Shown here: one piece after another, positions 30,303-40,100 of the stretch
Layout: each line of letters begins with the position of its first letter
Numbering within the stretch: position 1 is the first letter of the stretch
NCBI GenBank assembly: GCA_017499595.2
Contig: CM038998.1
Span: 3,534,001 to 3,598,000 of the forward strand
Direction: 5' to 3'
Source of the DNA: Psilocybe cubensis
Taxonomy: Eukaryota
Length of the DNA stretch: 64,000 bases
The notes under the pieces: generated by a model
Database searches by the model: none
Told to the model about the DNA's origin: nothing
Seen by the model: only the letters and a program-made list of their open reading frames with translations
Position numbers and translations under genes: made by a program

Positions 30303-33300
30303 ATGACTCGTAAGTATCCCATGCTGTTTTATGCTTCGCCTCATGACTCCTTTATTCCTTTGGGCCCTCGGACTCAAGTTCATTTACCTCCCAAACTCTC
30401 TAGGCGGAAATCAGCGTGAGCAAGATCGTCTCAAGGCGCAGAAAAAAGCTGCTGCCAATGCAAAGAAGCCAAAGGTGTTAGAGTTCCCTCTAACGTAGAC
30501 ACACACACGTGCCTGTAGTCACATATCACACAGTATTTGTAGACACACCCGTAGCTACGTAGCCTCAGTTCCTTCTTTGTTAGCACACCCAACACGTTCT
30601 GGTCCTTCGTCTCTCTCTCCCGCCTCGTCTCCGGGTCTCCTCCTAACATCAAGAAGGAACTCTAACACATTCAAAACATCCTCTCTCATCGCCTTTTGGC
30701 ATTTCAATACCACCGTTTCCCAAACTGCCTGGACTACCTCGTTCCCCTTCGATCCTGCCCATCCAGCAGGATATCGAAGCCTGTACCGACACTTGTGACC
30801 GCTACTCTTGGCAATTATTTTTTTTGCAAAGAGACCTCTTGTTGCACGAAGAAACCCTGCGTATTGCTTCCAACCAGGGTGCATCTTTTGATACCCTTCG
30901 GCGACTTACTGCTGCTGTTATAGACTGTCAACGGTCAATCTCACATACCAGAGACCTTCTCGCTTCCGCTGAAAGACAGTTGCGTTACCTACACGACCAG
31001 GCTGATCGCGTTCGCGACCTACAAGATTGTCTGGCTACTCTGTCTCGCCGCATTGATAATCTGGCTTTTACCACCTCTCTTAGCCCTGCTATTTTGTCTG
31101 GACTTCACGCCCGCCTTGACGATATTCTCAGCTCTCCTCTCTTCTCCAGGTCCTCTACCCCAGACAGCTTACCTGACCTTGAACCCTCCGATTAGAAGCG
31201 CATATATTCACCCTTTTGGCGCATACACCCACCCTCTCTGTTTTTTTCTCTTTCCTTTTTTTAATTCGCTTCTCGCTTATCGTTTGCACTCATGCCTCCC
31301 GGAAAAAGTAAAGGTCGTTCGGTCTCCCCCCGTCGTGGTCGTGACGGTAGTGATGACGACACTGTGTCCCGAATTGACCCTGCCATTATCGCTCTCATTA
31401 AGGCTAGCCAGGAATCCAATAAAGAAACTATGAAAGATATTCTCGAACTGTCGCGTATACAAGCCGAAACTATGTTCAAATCATTCCTCGCGTTACCCCA
31501 ACTCCAAACCTCTACCCACTCCTCTGCGACTACCTCTACCGCCCGCTCTGGTGATTCACGCGCTTATAAGGTGCCCTTTCCAGGTGCCTTCGACGGCTCC
31601 TCTGATACTGTCGAAGACTTGCTGGCCTCATGGCGTAACTTTTTTCACTCCGACCCCGAAGCATACAAAACCACTGATTCCAAAGTACGCACCGCTCTCA
31701 GTTCTTTCAAGACCGGCACGCCCGCTGTCTGGCGTAACCAGCTCATTGAAGAGCTAGAGTCTAGGCAATGCGTCTTAACCAACTGGTCCGACTTTGAGGA
31801 GCGCGTGAAAGACTCCTTCCTGTTCCATTTCTCGCAACAACGCGCGGCACGCGAGATCATGTGCATCCGTCAGAACTCCACGCCCACTCAAGAGTTCATT
31901 ATTATCTTCGAGAACCTTGCCTTTCGCTCCAAGTTTAACGACGAAGCGTTGATCCAATGCTTCAAAATGGCCTTGGATAAGCGTATTATGGAGGAGATTG
32001 GACGAACACACCGTGAGATGCCCACATTCGCGGAATGGAAGAGTGCCGCAATCTTGATGGCTCACAGACTGCGTGAGACTGATGCCACGGTGACTCCGGT
32101 CGTCAACACCACCGCCACCTGGCGTCCTCCCCCTTCTTTCACCTCCACCCCTTCCACTGTTCAAAAGTCTAGCAACCCCCGCCCCGCTGCTCCTGCCCCC
32201 AACGCGACTCTACCTGCAAACATCTCCGCTGCTCCGAATCGACGTGCCGCCCTGCCCTGCTTTAACTGCGGCGTATTTGGCCACTTCATGCGAGTCTGCC
32301 CCAAACCCAAAGATCTCGAATTCCAACGCAAATCACGCGCAAAACTGGAACGAGCTCGGGCCGTCCTCGAGTGCTTTGATGCTTTGCCTGATGACGACAA
32401 GCATGAGATTCGATGCGTTGATGTTGACGAAAGTGCCTTGTTTGATGATTCGGATTTTGTTTCTTGCGTCGAGTGAGTAGTACGTCCTCGCCGCTTCTGT
32501 ACAACAACCCTGTAATTACTCCCAAATTGCATGTTGCATTGTCTCCAAAATCCGTACCTCTGCCCGTGTTACCTGTTTACGCGACCCCTCAACCTTCATT
32601 ATCCAATTCTGTATTGACTCCTGACAAGCCCTCTTCTTCAACAACATCACCCAACTCCGACTACCCGACACCAACACTCCTGCCCGCGCACCCACAACCT
32701 CCAACTATGGCACCCGATTGCATTCCATATTCAGACCTCTTTTTATCCTGTCCTGAGGATGATCCACCAGAGCTGCAAGCCCCAGATGCCTCTGATGATT
32801 CGGATGAAGATTCGCCAACCAAGCCTGCTCAACAAACCTCCGCCCACGATGATGCATCTGTCTCTATGACACACGATGCAAGTCCACCACCGGCCCCACG
32901 CGACTCTCTACTTTGCAGCCCGCCCGTCGCTGACCACACAGACTGCCCGCCTTCAATCCCTACACCTGTCCGCACCGTCCTGTGCAACTTGCGCCGATTA
33001 CGCAGCACGCCTTGGCGAACCGAGAGCCTGCTCAAATCCTGGGCCCCAAAGGAGCGTTGGGACGACATTGACGATGATCTGATTGCTGCTCTTTGCGATC
33101 TCCCCTGGACCGACGCCGCCAAAGTCCTCCAGCAGCTCAAGAAGCCCCGCGACTACATCTCCCGCATGGGGAGTAAATGCCTTGACATTCCAATGTCGGC
33201 TGCACCCCCAGGCTCGACCTCTTTGGTGTCGCTGAAAGCGCTCTTAGACAGCGGTGCCACTGGTTGTTACGTGCACTCCGATTTTGTCAAACTCAATGGA

Positions 33301-36300
33301 TGGGTGACTGAGCGGCTGCCCCACCCCGTTAGCGTTTACAATGCAGACGGAACTCGCAATGCCAACGGTGCTATCACAGATGTTGTTTACCTTGTCATCC
33401 GCATTGAAAACCATGTTGAGCGACTCCGCCTTTCAGTCACCAACACGGGATCATCTTCCCTCATCCTCGGGCACTCCTGGCTCTGGTTCCATAATCCGCT
33501 TGTTGACTGGCGAGAGGCCAAGCTCTGCTTTGCACGCTGCCCCACGTCCTGTGGTGCTGACGTGCTGCCGACTTCGCACCCTGATGGCGAAACCGTGAAT
33601 GTTTGCCGCGAAGGACCCCAGCTCCGTGAAGACGACATCTTTGATGACAGCCCGGGCCCCTTCACGCCGGTCTCTGCTGCGGAATGGGCTGACGCCTTTG
33701 CTGGTGAACTTGCCGATGGTGAATCGATGTGCGCGGTTGACCTCAATGAGTTCACGTCCGAACAAGTCCATGGCTCATGCGACCACCGCATTTCTCACTT
33801 TTTGCGAACTCAACGTGAAGCAGCTTCATATCCCGACCGCTACCTGAAGGAATTTGCACCTGTTTTCTCCAAAGAGGAGTTTGACGAGCTCCCACCCCGT
33901 CGCCCATGGGATCATGCTATTAACCTGAAACCAGATGCAAAGTCGTTCAAAGCAAAGCCGTACCGTCTGTCGCCCGCTGAAACCTCGAAGGTCAAGGAAT
34001 GGATAGAAGAGGAAAAACGCACTGGCCGTATACGGGACTCCATCTCTCCCTATGCCGCCCCTTTCTTCTTCATCCAGAAAAAGGATGGCTCACTGCGCCC
34101 TGTGCAAGACTACCGACGCCTGAACGATATCACGATCAAGAACCGCTATCCATTGCCGCTCATCTCTGACCTCATGGACAAGCTTAAAGGCGCGAAAGTA
34201 TTCACCAAACTTGACGTCCGCTGGGGTTTCAATAACATTCGTATCAGGGAAGGCGATGAGCACAAGGCTGCCTTTATCACGGAGTTTGGACTTTTTGAGC
34301 CTCTTGTAATGTTCTTTGGATTGACAAACTCACCAGCTACCTTCCAGAATATGATGAACGATCTGTTCAAGGATCTCATTGCTGGCGGCCATGTCGTGAT
34401 ATATATGGATGACATCCTCATCTTCACTGATGATGTCCAGTCCCATCGACATCTTGTCCGCAATGTCTTGCAGATTCTGGAGGACAACAAGCTTTATCTG
34501 CGGCCAGAAAAGTGCTGTTTTGAGCAGGACCGTGTGGAATACTTGGGCGTCATTGTCGGCCACGGGAAAATGTCCATGGATCCCAAGAAAGTTGACGCTA
34601 TCACCTCTTGGCCAATCCCGCGCTGTCGTAAGGACGTCCAACAGTTCCTCGGTTTCGTCAACTTCTACCGTAGGTTTATCAAGAACTTCTCCCGCATTGC
34701 CGCTCCCCTGCATGCCCTGGGTGGTTCGGCGCCTTGGGTATGGGACAATTTGTCAACATCCGCCTTCAACGAGCTCAAATCCGCCTGCGCTTCACACCCG
34801 GTGCTACTTCTTCCCCGCGACGGTGCCCCATTCCGCATAGAGGCAGACAGCTCTGGATACGCAACCGGCGCGGTGCTCAGCCAATTTGTTGACAATTCCT
34901 GGCAACCGGTCGCGTTTGCTTCAAAAGCCCTCAGTCCCGTTGAGCGCAACTACGAGATACATGACCGCGAACTACTGTCAATCATGAGGTCTCTCGATGA
35001 CTGGCGACGCTACCTCCACGGCTCCGATTCTCCTGTTGAGATCCACACCGATCACAAGAACCTTCAGTATTTCATGACCGCTCAGAAATTGAACCGTCGT
35101 CAGGCTCGCTGGTCCCTGCAGCTCGCTGAATTCGATTTCGTACTCGTCCACAAGCCAGGCCCGACCATGATCTGCGCAGACTCGTTGTCCCGCCGCCCCG
35201 ACTACGATAAAGGTGTTGGCGACAACGAAAACGTCACCTTACTGCGCCCAGAACACATTCGACGTACTGCTGAATGCTCAATTGGGGATGACCCCGTCCT
35301 GGCTGACATTCGAACTCACCAGCACCAAATCACTGAAATGTGGGAAAAGCACAAGAACCTGCCTGGCTGGTCCCTCCACGACGGCTTGCTTTCATGGCAT
35401 AACCGAATCTTTGTGCCAAACAAAGGCAACTTGCGTCAACGAATACTCGCCGACTGTCATGATCACCAATCCGTAGGCCACCCTGGCCGGATGAAGACCA
35501 TGGAACTCGTCCTGCGCGACTATTGGTGGCCGTCACTATCAAAAGACGCGAAGCGTTACGTTGATGGATGCCCCACCTGTCAATCAACTAAGCCTCTGAG
35601 GATGGCGCCCGCGGGCCTACTGACCCCCAACGAAATCCCTTCCTCCAATTGGGAGATCATTTCCTGTGATCTCATCGTGGACTTACCTAAATCTCGCGGC
35701 TTCGATTCGATCTTTGTCGTCGTCGATAGACTCTCAAAAATGGTTCGTATCATCCCATGCAAAAAGTCAATCACTTCTGAGGGTCTCGCGCGCCTCTTCC
35801 GCGACCATGTCTGGAAAGACTTCGGACTGCCACGACGCATCATCTCCGACCGTGGTTCAATCTTCCTGTCAAACTTTACTCGGGCCCTCAACGACCTGCT
35901 AGGCATTTCACAGAACGCGTCCACCGCATTTCGACCTCAAACAGACGGACAAACTGAGCGCGTCAATCAAGAAATCGAACAATACCTACGGATCTTTGTG
36001 AATAACAGGCAAAATGATTGGGTGGAATGGCTTGCATGCGCCGAATTTGCTATCAACAATAAGATTCACTCGTCCACTGGCTTCTCGCCCTTCTTCCTAA
36101 ACTATGGCTCCAACCCCCGCCGAACCCTGCAACCCGCACGCCTCTCGGACGACCGTGTCCCCAAAGCTCTTGAATTCGCCTCTCAAATGGATTCCCTCGC
36201 GAAGGAATCCGCTTCAGCGCTAAACCTCGCCGCTGATGCAATGAAGCGATCCTATGACACCTCTCACCGCGCTCCACCCGTCTTCAATGTTGGCGACATG

Positions 36301-37152
36301 GTGATGCTCAGCGCCTCCGACATCAAGTCCTCACGTCCGTCTAAAAAGCTCGATGTTAAGCGTCACGGACCTTTTCCTGTGACGAAACGCGTTGGCATCC
36401 AGTCTTACACCCTCGACCTACCGGCCTCGTGGTCGATCCACCCTACTTTCCATGTCTCTAAACTCTCCCGTTTCATACCAGCAGAATTCGATTCCCAAAC
36501 TTCACCCGCGACACCAACACCTCCCCCCGCGTTACCACCCCCAGACATTGCAAGTGTGCTCGGCCACAGGGCCCTGCGCAGTGGAACACAGTTCCTCGTG
36601 CTGCTCGATGGCTGCACAGAGGAAGACGCTTCGTGGTCAAGCCACTCATCCTTCCCTAACTCTGAAGTACTAAACAATTACATACGCCTCCACAACATCC
36701 CGGACGCCCACCTTTAAGAGGGGGGTGATGTTAGAGTTCCCTCTAACGTAGACACACACACGTGCCTGTAGTCACATATCACACAGTATTTGTAGACACA
36801 CCCGTAGCTACGTAGCCTCAGTTCCTTCTTTGTTAGCACACCCAACACGTTCTGGTCCTTCGTCTCTCTCTCCCGCCTCGTCTCCGGGTCTCCTCCTAAC
36901 AAAAGGAAAGTGCGACTAGTCTCGCAAAGCGAAAGGAAGCGTCAGTACCTGCTCCTCCCTCTCTTGGTCCTTTTTCTTCCGTTCTGATACCCCACTCTTC
37001 AGTGATGCAGATATTCTTCGCGCAAAGCAAAAGGTACTCCGTTTATATCCCCCAACCTAGGCCCAGCCCCTGACCATTCTTTTCTCCGCCAAATCCAGAA
37101 AAAGGATGAGGAAAAGGCTGCTGCTGCCGCGGCCGCTGCTTCGAAAGGGTGA
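30303..37152 (+). CDS. SERF: SERF/4F5 (small EDRK-rich factor) gene, 65 aa, interrupted in exon 2 by the LTR retrotransposon
   Basis: Exons 30303-30309, 30404-30474 + 36906-36940, 37003-37033, 37099-37152 give MTRGNQREQDRLKAQKKAAANAKKPKESATSLAKRKEADADILRAKQKKKDEEKAAAAAAAASKG*, with the family hallmarks MTRGNQRE and DA-I-R-KQ. Confidence 0.9.
30476..30648 (+). repeat. 5' LTR (173 bp)
   Basis: TGTTAG...CTAACA terminal inverted repeat; direct repeat of 36729-36901. Confidence 0.97.
30651..30661 (+). other. Primer-binding site, self-priming type
   Basis: AAGAAGGAACT lies 2 nt after the 5' LTR and is the exact reverse complement of LTR 30567-30577 (AGTTCCTTCTT); no TGG tRNA-type PBS. Confidence 0.8.
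30725..31195 (+). CDS. Putative extra ORF (ORF0) upstream of gag, no ATG, coiled-coil-like
   Basis: Frame open 30647-31195; candidate CTG start at 30725 in AAA-CTG context; amphipathic helical sequence (RDLLASAERQLRYLHDQADRVRDLQDCLATLSRRIDNL). Confidence 0.45.
   Translation: MPGLPRSPSILPIQQDIEACTDTCDRYSWQLFFLQRDLLLHEETLRIASNQGASFDTLRRLTAAVIDCQRSISHTRDLLASAERQLRYLHDQADRVRDLQDCLATLSRRIDNLAFTTSLSPAILSGLHARLDDILSSPLFSRSSTPDSLPDLEPSD
31292..32476 (+). CDS. gag: Retrotransposon Gag (capsid plus CCHC zinc knuckle), 394 aa
   Basis: P-x-x-FDG capsid start, major-homology-like region IRQNSTPTQEFIIIFENL, zinc knuckle CFNCGVFGHFMRVC. Confidence 0.93.
   Translation: MPPGKSKGRSVSPRRGRDGSDDDTVSRIDPAIIALIKASQESNKETMKDILELSRIQAETMFKSFLALPQLQTSTHSSATTSTARSGDSRAYKVPFPGAFDGSSDTVEDLLASWRNFFHSDPEAYKTTDSKVRTALSSFKTGTPAVWRNQLIEELESRQCVLTNWSDFEERVKDSFLFHFSQQRAAREIMCIRQNSTPTQEFIIIFENLAFRSKFNDEALIQCFKMALDKRIMEEIGRTHREMPTFAEWKSAAILMAHRLRETDATVTPVVNTTATWRPPPSFTSTPSTVQKSSNPRPAAPAPNATLPANISAAPNRRAALPCFNCGVFGHFMRVCPKPKDLEFQRKSRAKLERARAVLECFDALPDDDKHEIRCVDVDESALFDDSDFVSCVE
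32452..36717 (+). CDS. pol: Retrotransposon Pol (protease, RT, RNase H, integrase, chromodomain), -1 frame relative to gag
   Basis: LLDSGAT protease, RPVQDYRRLN and YMDD RT, ADSS/ELL/TDH RNase H, H-x5-H...CPTC, ISDRG, QTDGQTERVN, GPF integrase, C-terminal chromo-like domain; no internal stops. Confidence 0.96.
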   Translation, partial: GFCFLRRVSSTSSPLLYNNPVITPKLHVALSPKSVPLPVLPVYATPQPSLSNSVLTPDKPSSSTTSPNSDYPTPTLLPAHPQPPTMAPDCIPYSDLFLSCPEDDPPELQAPDASDDSDEDSPTKPAQQTSAHDDASVSMTHDASPPPAPRDSLLCSPPVADHTDCPPSIPTPVRTVLCNLRRLRSTPWRTESLLKSWAPKERWDDIDDDLIAALCDLPWTDAAKVLQQLKKPRDYISRMGSKCLDIPMSAAPPGSTSLVSLKALLDSGATGCYVHSDFVKLNGWVTERLPHPVSVYNADGTRNANGAITDVVYLVIRIENHVERLRLSVTNTGSSSLILGHSWLWFHNPLVDWREAKLCFARCPTSCGADVLPTSHPDGETVNVCREGPQLREDDIFDDSPGPFTPVSAAEWADAFAGELADGESMCAVDLNEFTSEQVHGSCDHRISHFLRTQREAASYPDRYLKEFAPVFSKEEFDELPPRRPWDHAINLKPDAKSFKAKPYRLSPAETSKVKEWIEEEKRTGRIRDSISPYAAPFFFIQKKDGSLRPVQDYRRLNDITIKNRYPLPLISDLMDKLKGAKVFTKLDVRWGFNNIRIREGDEHKAAFITEFGLFEPLVMFFGLTNSPATFQNMMNDLFKDLIAGGHVVIYMDDILIFTDDVQSHRHLVRNVLQILEDNKLYLRPEKCCFEQDRVEYLGVIVGHGKMSMDPKKVDAITSWPIPRCRKDVQQFLGFVNFYRRFIKNFSRIAAPLHALGGSAPWVWDNLSTSAFNELKSACASHPVLLLPRDGAPFRIEADSSGYATGAVLSQFVDNSWQPVAFASKALSPVERNYEIHDRELLSIMRSLDDWRRYLHGSDSPVEIHTDHKNLQYFMTAQKLNRRQARWSLQLAEFDFVLVHKPGPTMICADSLSRRPDYDKGVGDNENVTLLRPEHIRRTAECSIGDDPVLADIRTHQHQITEMWEKHKNLPGWSLHDGLLSWHNRIFVPNKGNLRQRILADCHDHQSVGHPGRMKTMELVLRDYWWPSLSKDAKRYVDGCPTCQSTKPLRMAPAGLLTPNEIPSSNWEIISCDLIVDLPKSRGFDSIFVVVDRLSKMVRIIPCKKSITSEGLARLFRDHVWKDFGLPRRIISDRGSIFLSNFTRALNDLLGISQNASTAFRPQTDGQTERVNQEIEQYLRIFVNNRQNDWVEWLACAEFAINNKIHSSTGFSPFFLNYGSNPRRTLQPARLSDDRVPKALEFASQMDSLAKESASALNLAADAMKRSYDTSHRAPPVFNVGDMVMLSASDIKSSRPSKKLDVKRHGPFPVTKRVGIQSYTLDLPASWSIHPTFHVSKLSRFIPAEFDSQTSPATPTPPPALPPPDIASVLGHRALRSGTQFLVLLDGCTEEDASWSSHSSFPNSEVLNNYIRLHNIPDAHL
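36716..36725 (+). other. Polypurine tract
   Basis: AAGAGGGGGG located 3 nt before the 3' LTR. Confidence 0.85.
36729..36901 (+). repeat. 3' LTR (173 bp)
   Basis: Identical by eye to 30476-30648; followed by TSD AAAGG. Confidence 0.97.
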
Positions 37153-40100
37153 CACCTCGCGAAACACGGATGAGGTAGTTCCTCATTAGGGGTTTGCAAT
37201 GGGGCTGGGAGCTTTTCACGAGTCTTCGTTTTTTCTTTTTCATTTTCTTTTTGGCGACAAGTTTGGGGAATCCCGCTATCGGGCTTCTACTGACATATGT
37301 AGAGTAGATATAATGCAACTTGAATTGGATGGATTTGACGTTCCTATCGCAATCATATTCGAACCACCTCCGAGGACCGAGATGAGGCGATCAACTGATC
37401 AAGCCCATTGCCTGGTCACCAGACACGTAGTTTGTACCCTGAGCATAATCAGAGTTGCCTCATCCATTCTCAAGGCGCCTCAAATCCCTACAATCACGCC
37501 CTTCTTTAGCGGGCTACTAAACGCCCAAGAACGGCCTCACTTTCACATCCAAACTACCCTCAATCCACACCAACTATCTGCCACGTTGATTTATCCTCAT
37601 CGTCAGAATACTTGTCTATTCTAGATCGAGGGTGCACTAAATTGCATGCTACTTTACTACCATCCACCAAGCTCATTTCATGATACGAACAAGCGAGAGA
37701 ACAAGCCGTCGTGATGGTCCATTAATGTACATAAGGGTACGAATCAATCCAATCATGATAATCGGATAGAATGCGTATACGTTACGCAGCATACCTTGAC
37801 AAGCATTTTGACACCGCCGTGCTTGCCGTCGCCGGAGGGATATCAGAGGACATCAGAACCTTTCATTGATCAGCATGACATTGGTTATATATACACATGT
37901 CCAAATCGGCTCTAAATGAAGTCAAACGACCTAAAATCAGGAGGCGATAGGACCCTGCATATAAGTCCAAGAGCCCATCGGCAACCATGATCAAATTGCT
38001 TGGTCTTTTAAAACAACCGACAATTTAGATACCAAGATTAGTCAACGTGGCGTGCCAGGACATGAATATCTCCTGAGGACATGTCCCGGAATGGCTCGTT
38101 TACGTCCGGATTATTTAGGTTTTTTTTTCTCTTCGCCCCCGCTGGGTTTATTGCCAGGCTTGTGTGATCAGTCCCCAACTCCGCAACTTCGGAAGAACGA
38201 CCAATACATTGCTGCATCTCTGCGGGCCTGGTCGGAGGCGGTCGGGCGGTAGTCCCTGCCTGCTTTGTGTGTGTGCATATACAGTAAGTAATGGAAAACT
38301 GTCTGGCTCATCACATCACGTCAGAATATGGAATTCAGCTCCTTCGCGCCTTCTCGTTCGTGAAAAAGAATGTATAACATAACGAAAAAGAATCTAATGT
38401 ACAGTATGGCATGGAACCCAGAAAGGAGGTCGACTTCCCCGTAATTTATAAACTCCCCTTGAGCCCAACCCCAAGAAAGGACAAGAGAATGGCTGTCAAG
38501 AATCAACGACTACCTGCCTCGCGGGTAATTAGGGGGGGTACGTCCGATTAAGTCTTGGGGTAGAGTAAGCAGAGTAGTACTTGGAACAAAATGGAATGCT
38601 TTGGCATCGGGGGCAAGGAGGGTCCTACGTATATATGTCAGCCTTCAGGCAAAGGTAACACGAACATTCATGAGGAAATTAGGATCAATGAGGGAGGAAC
38701 GCGGCGGCGGTCCATGACAAGGAGGTTGAATGCTAAATCAGATTTGCCCTTAGCAACCCTTATACGGTTCATATGCACTACTGTTCCTAGCCTGTTCTAT
38801 TTTTTTACCGGGGTGGTCATGAAGGGTCCAGTTGGGATGCTCAGAAAGTCAATGTCAGCCGTGAGAGCTCCTTTGTGATGACTTAAGACGGTCGTTTATA
38901 ATGTGCACTTAAGGTTTTACAACATACGAGGATGATGTTGTTGTGTTGTGTTCAGTTTGACCTGACAACAACACACCGGCTGGTAGCTCTCCTGCTATCC
39001 AATCGTACGGGTCAGTAATAATATGATAAATACATTTGTTAAACAGCCGCAATCAGAGCAAGTACGTACGCCGGTCGCTCATCCCTCCAACCTGGACAGA
39101 TCTGACTAGATAGCAAAGAGAGATCCATTGGCTAAAATTAAACATGATTTTCGCCCATTCTGGATGAAAAAAATGCTGTGGGAAACTCTGAACATAATCA
39201 CTTATTGAGCGTTGCCACAATGTCACTTGTGATACTTCGCCAACTGTTCAAACACACATTACACAACACCCGAGTCCCGAGCGGCGCAGAAGGAAGCGAG
39301 AAGATGAAGAGAAGGAAGGGAATCAGCATCATGTAATAAATCAGCACCACCATCCCATCAAAAGAAAAGAAGAGAAAGAAAAAACAAACCCATCATCGTT
39401 TCGTCAGTCAATCGGCTAGAAATAGACTCCTGTGCTCCGCAGTCAGTCAGTCAGTCAGGTCAAGCGGCTAAATTGAGAGGAGAGATGCGTCGACTATTGA
39501 CGGTGTGGCCGGAATCAACCGGAGTAGACTTGTGTATCTTAAAGTAGTACTATACAGGACATTAATGAAGAGCACGAGTAAAGTAACTATGGATTATGTA
39601 TTGCTGACCTCACCGCTCACACACCTGTCCCACCTCGGAGGGCCGCCAGCCTGTCAATCACTGAACGATGCGCTCACACCAAATTCAAAACGGCTATAAG
39701 GAGCCCAACGGCCGGGGTCTTTGATGCTTTCCGATTGGGAATTTCAAAGCGAACAAGTACGGTTCCACGGCGATTTCCCTGGTCAGTGGCTGTCTAACCA
39801 TAACAAGTACCTGCGAGAACGCGGAATTACCTCTGGCCCTGATGATAAAAATAGCCTGCTGTGTACTTAAGGCGCAGGGGAGGCTGAGTCTGGGGGAAAT
39901 ACATTTGGTCGACTTATGAATAGGTGTTAGGGGAAACCATGCTGCAACACTCCTCTTTGGACAGAGTTTCCTTTCCTACATGCCAGGGATGGAAGGCGGT
40001 ACATACAGATACCGGGGAGATGATTGCTTCGTTCCTTAGTCGTATATACGTATCAGATAGACGTAGTGACAACAATTTGTACTCAGGGTTCAAGCTGGTT

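Larger units (their letters stand above)
30476..36901 (+). mobile_element. Full-length Ty3/gypsy chromovirus LTR retrotransposon, 6426 bp
   Basis: Two 173-bp TG...CA LTRs identical by eye, 5-bp TSD AAAGG (30471-30475 and 36902-36906), intact gag and pol (PR-RT-RH-IN-chromo order), polypurine tract at 36716-36725. Confidence 0.98.

Noticed and set aside
30649-30670. tRNA-type primer-binding site
   Set aside because: No TGG start complementary to tRNA CCA; self-complementarity explains the site.
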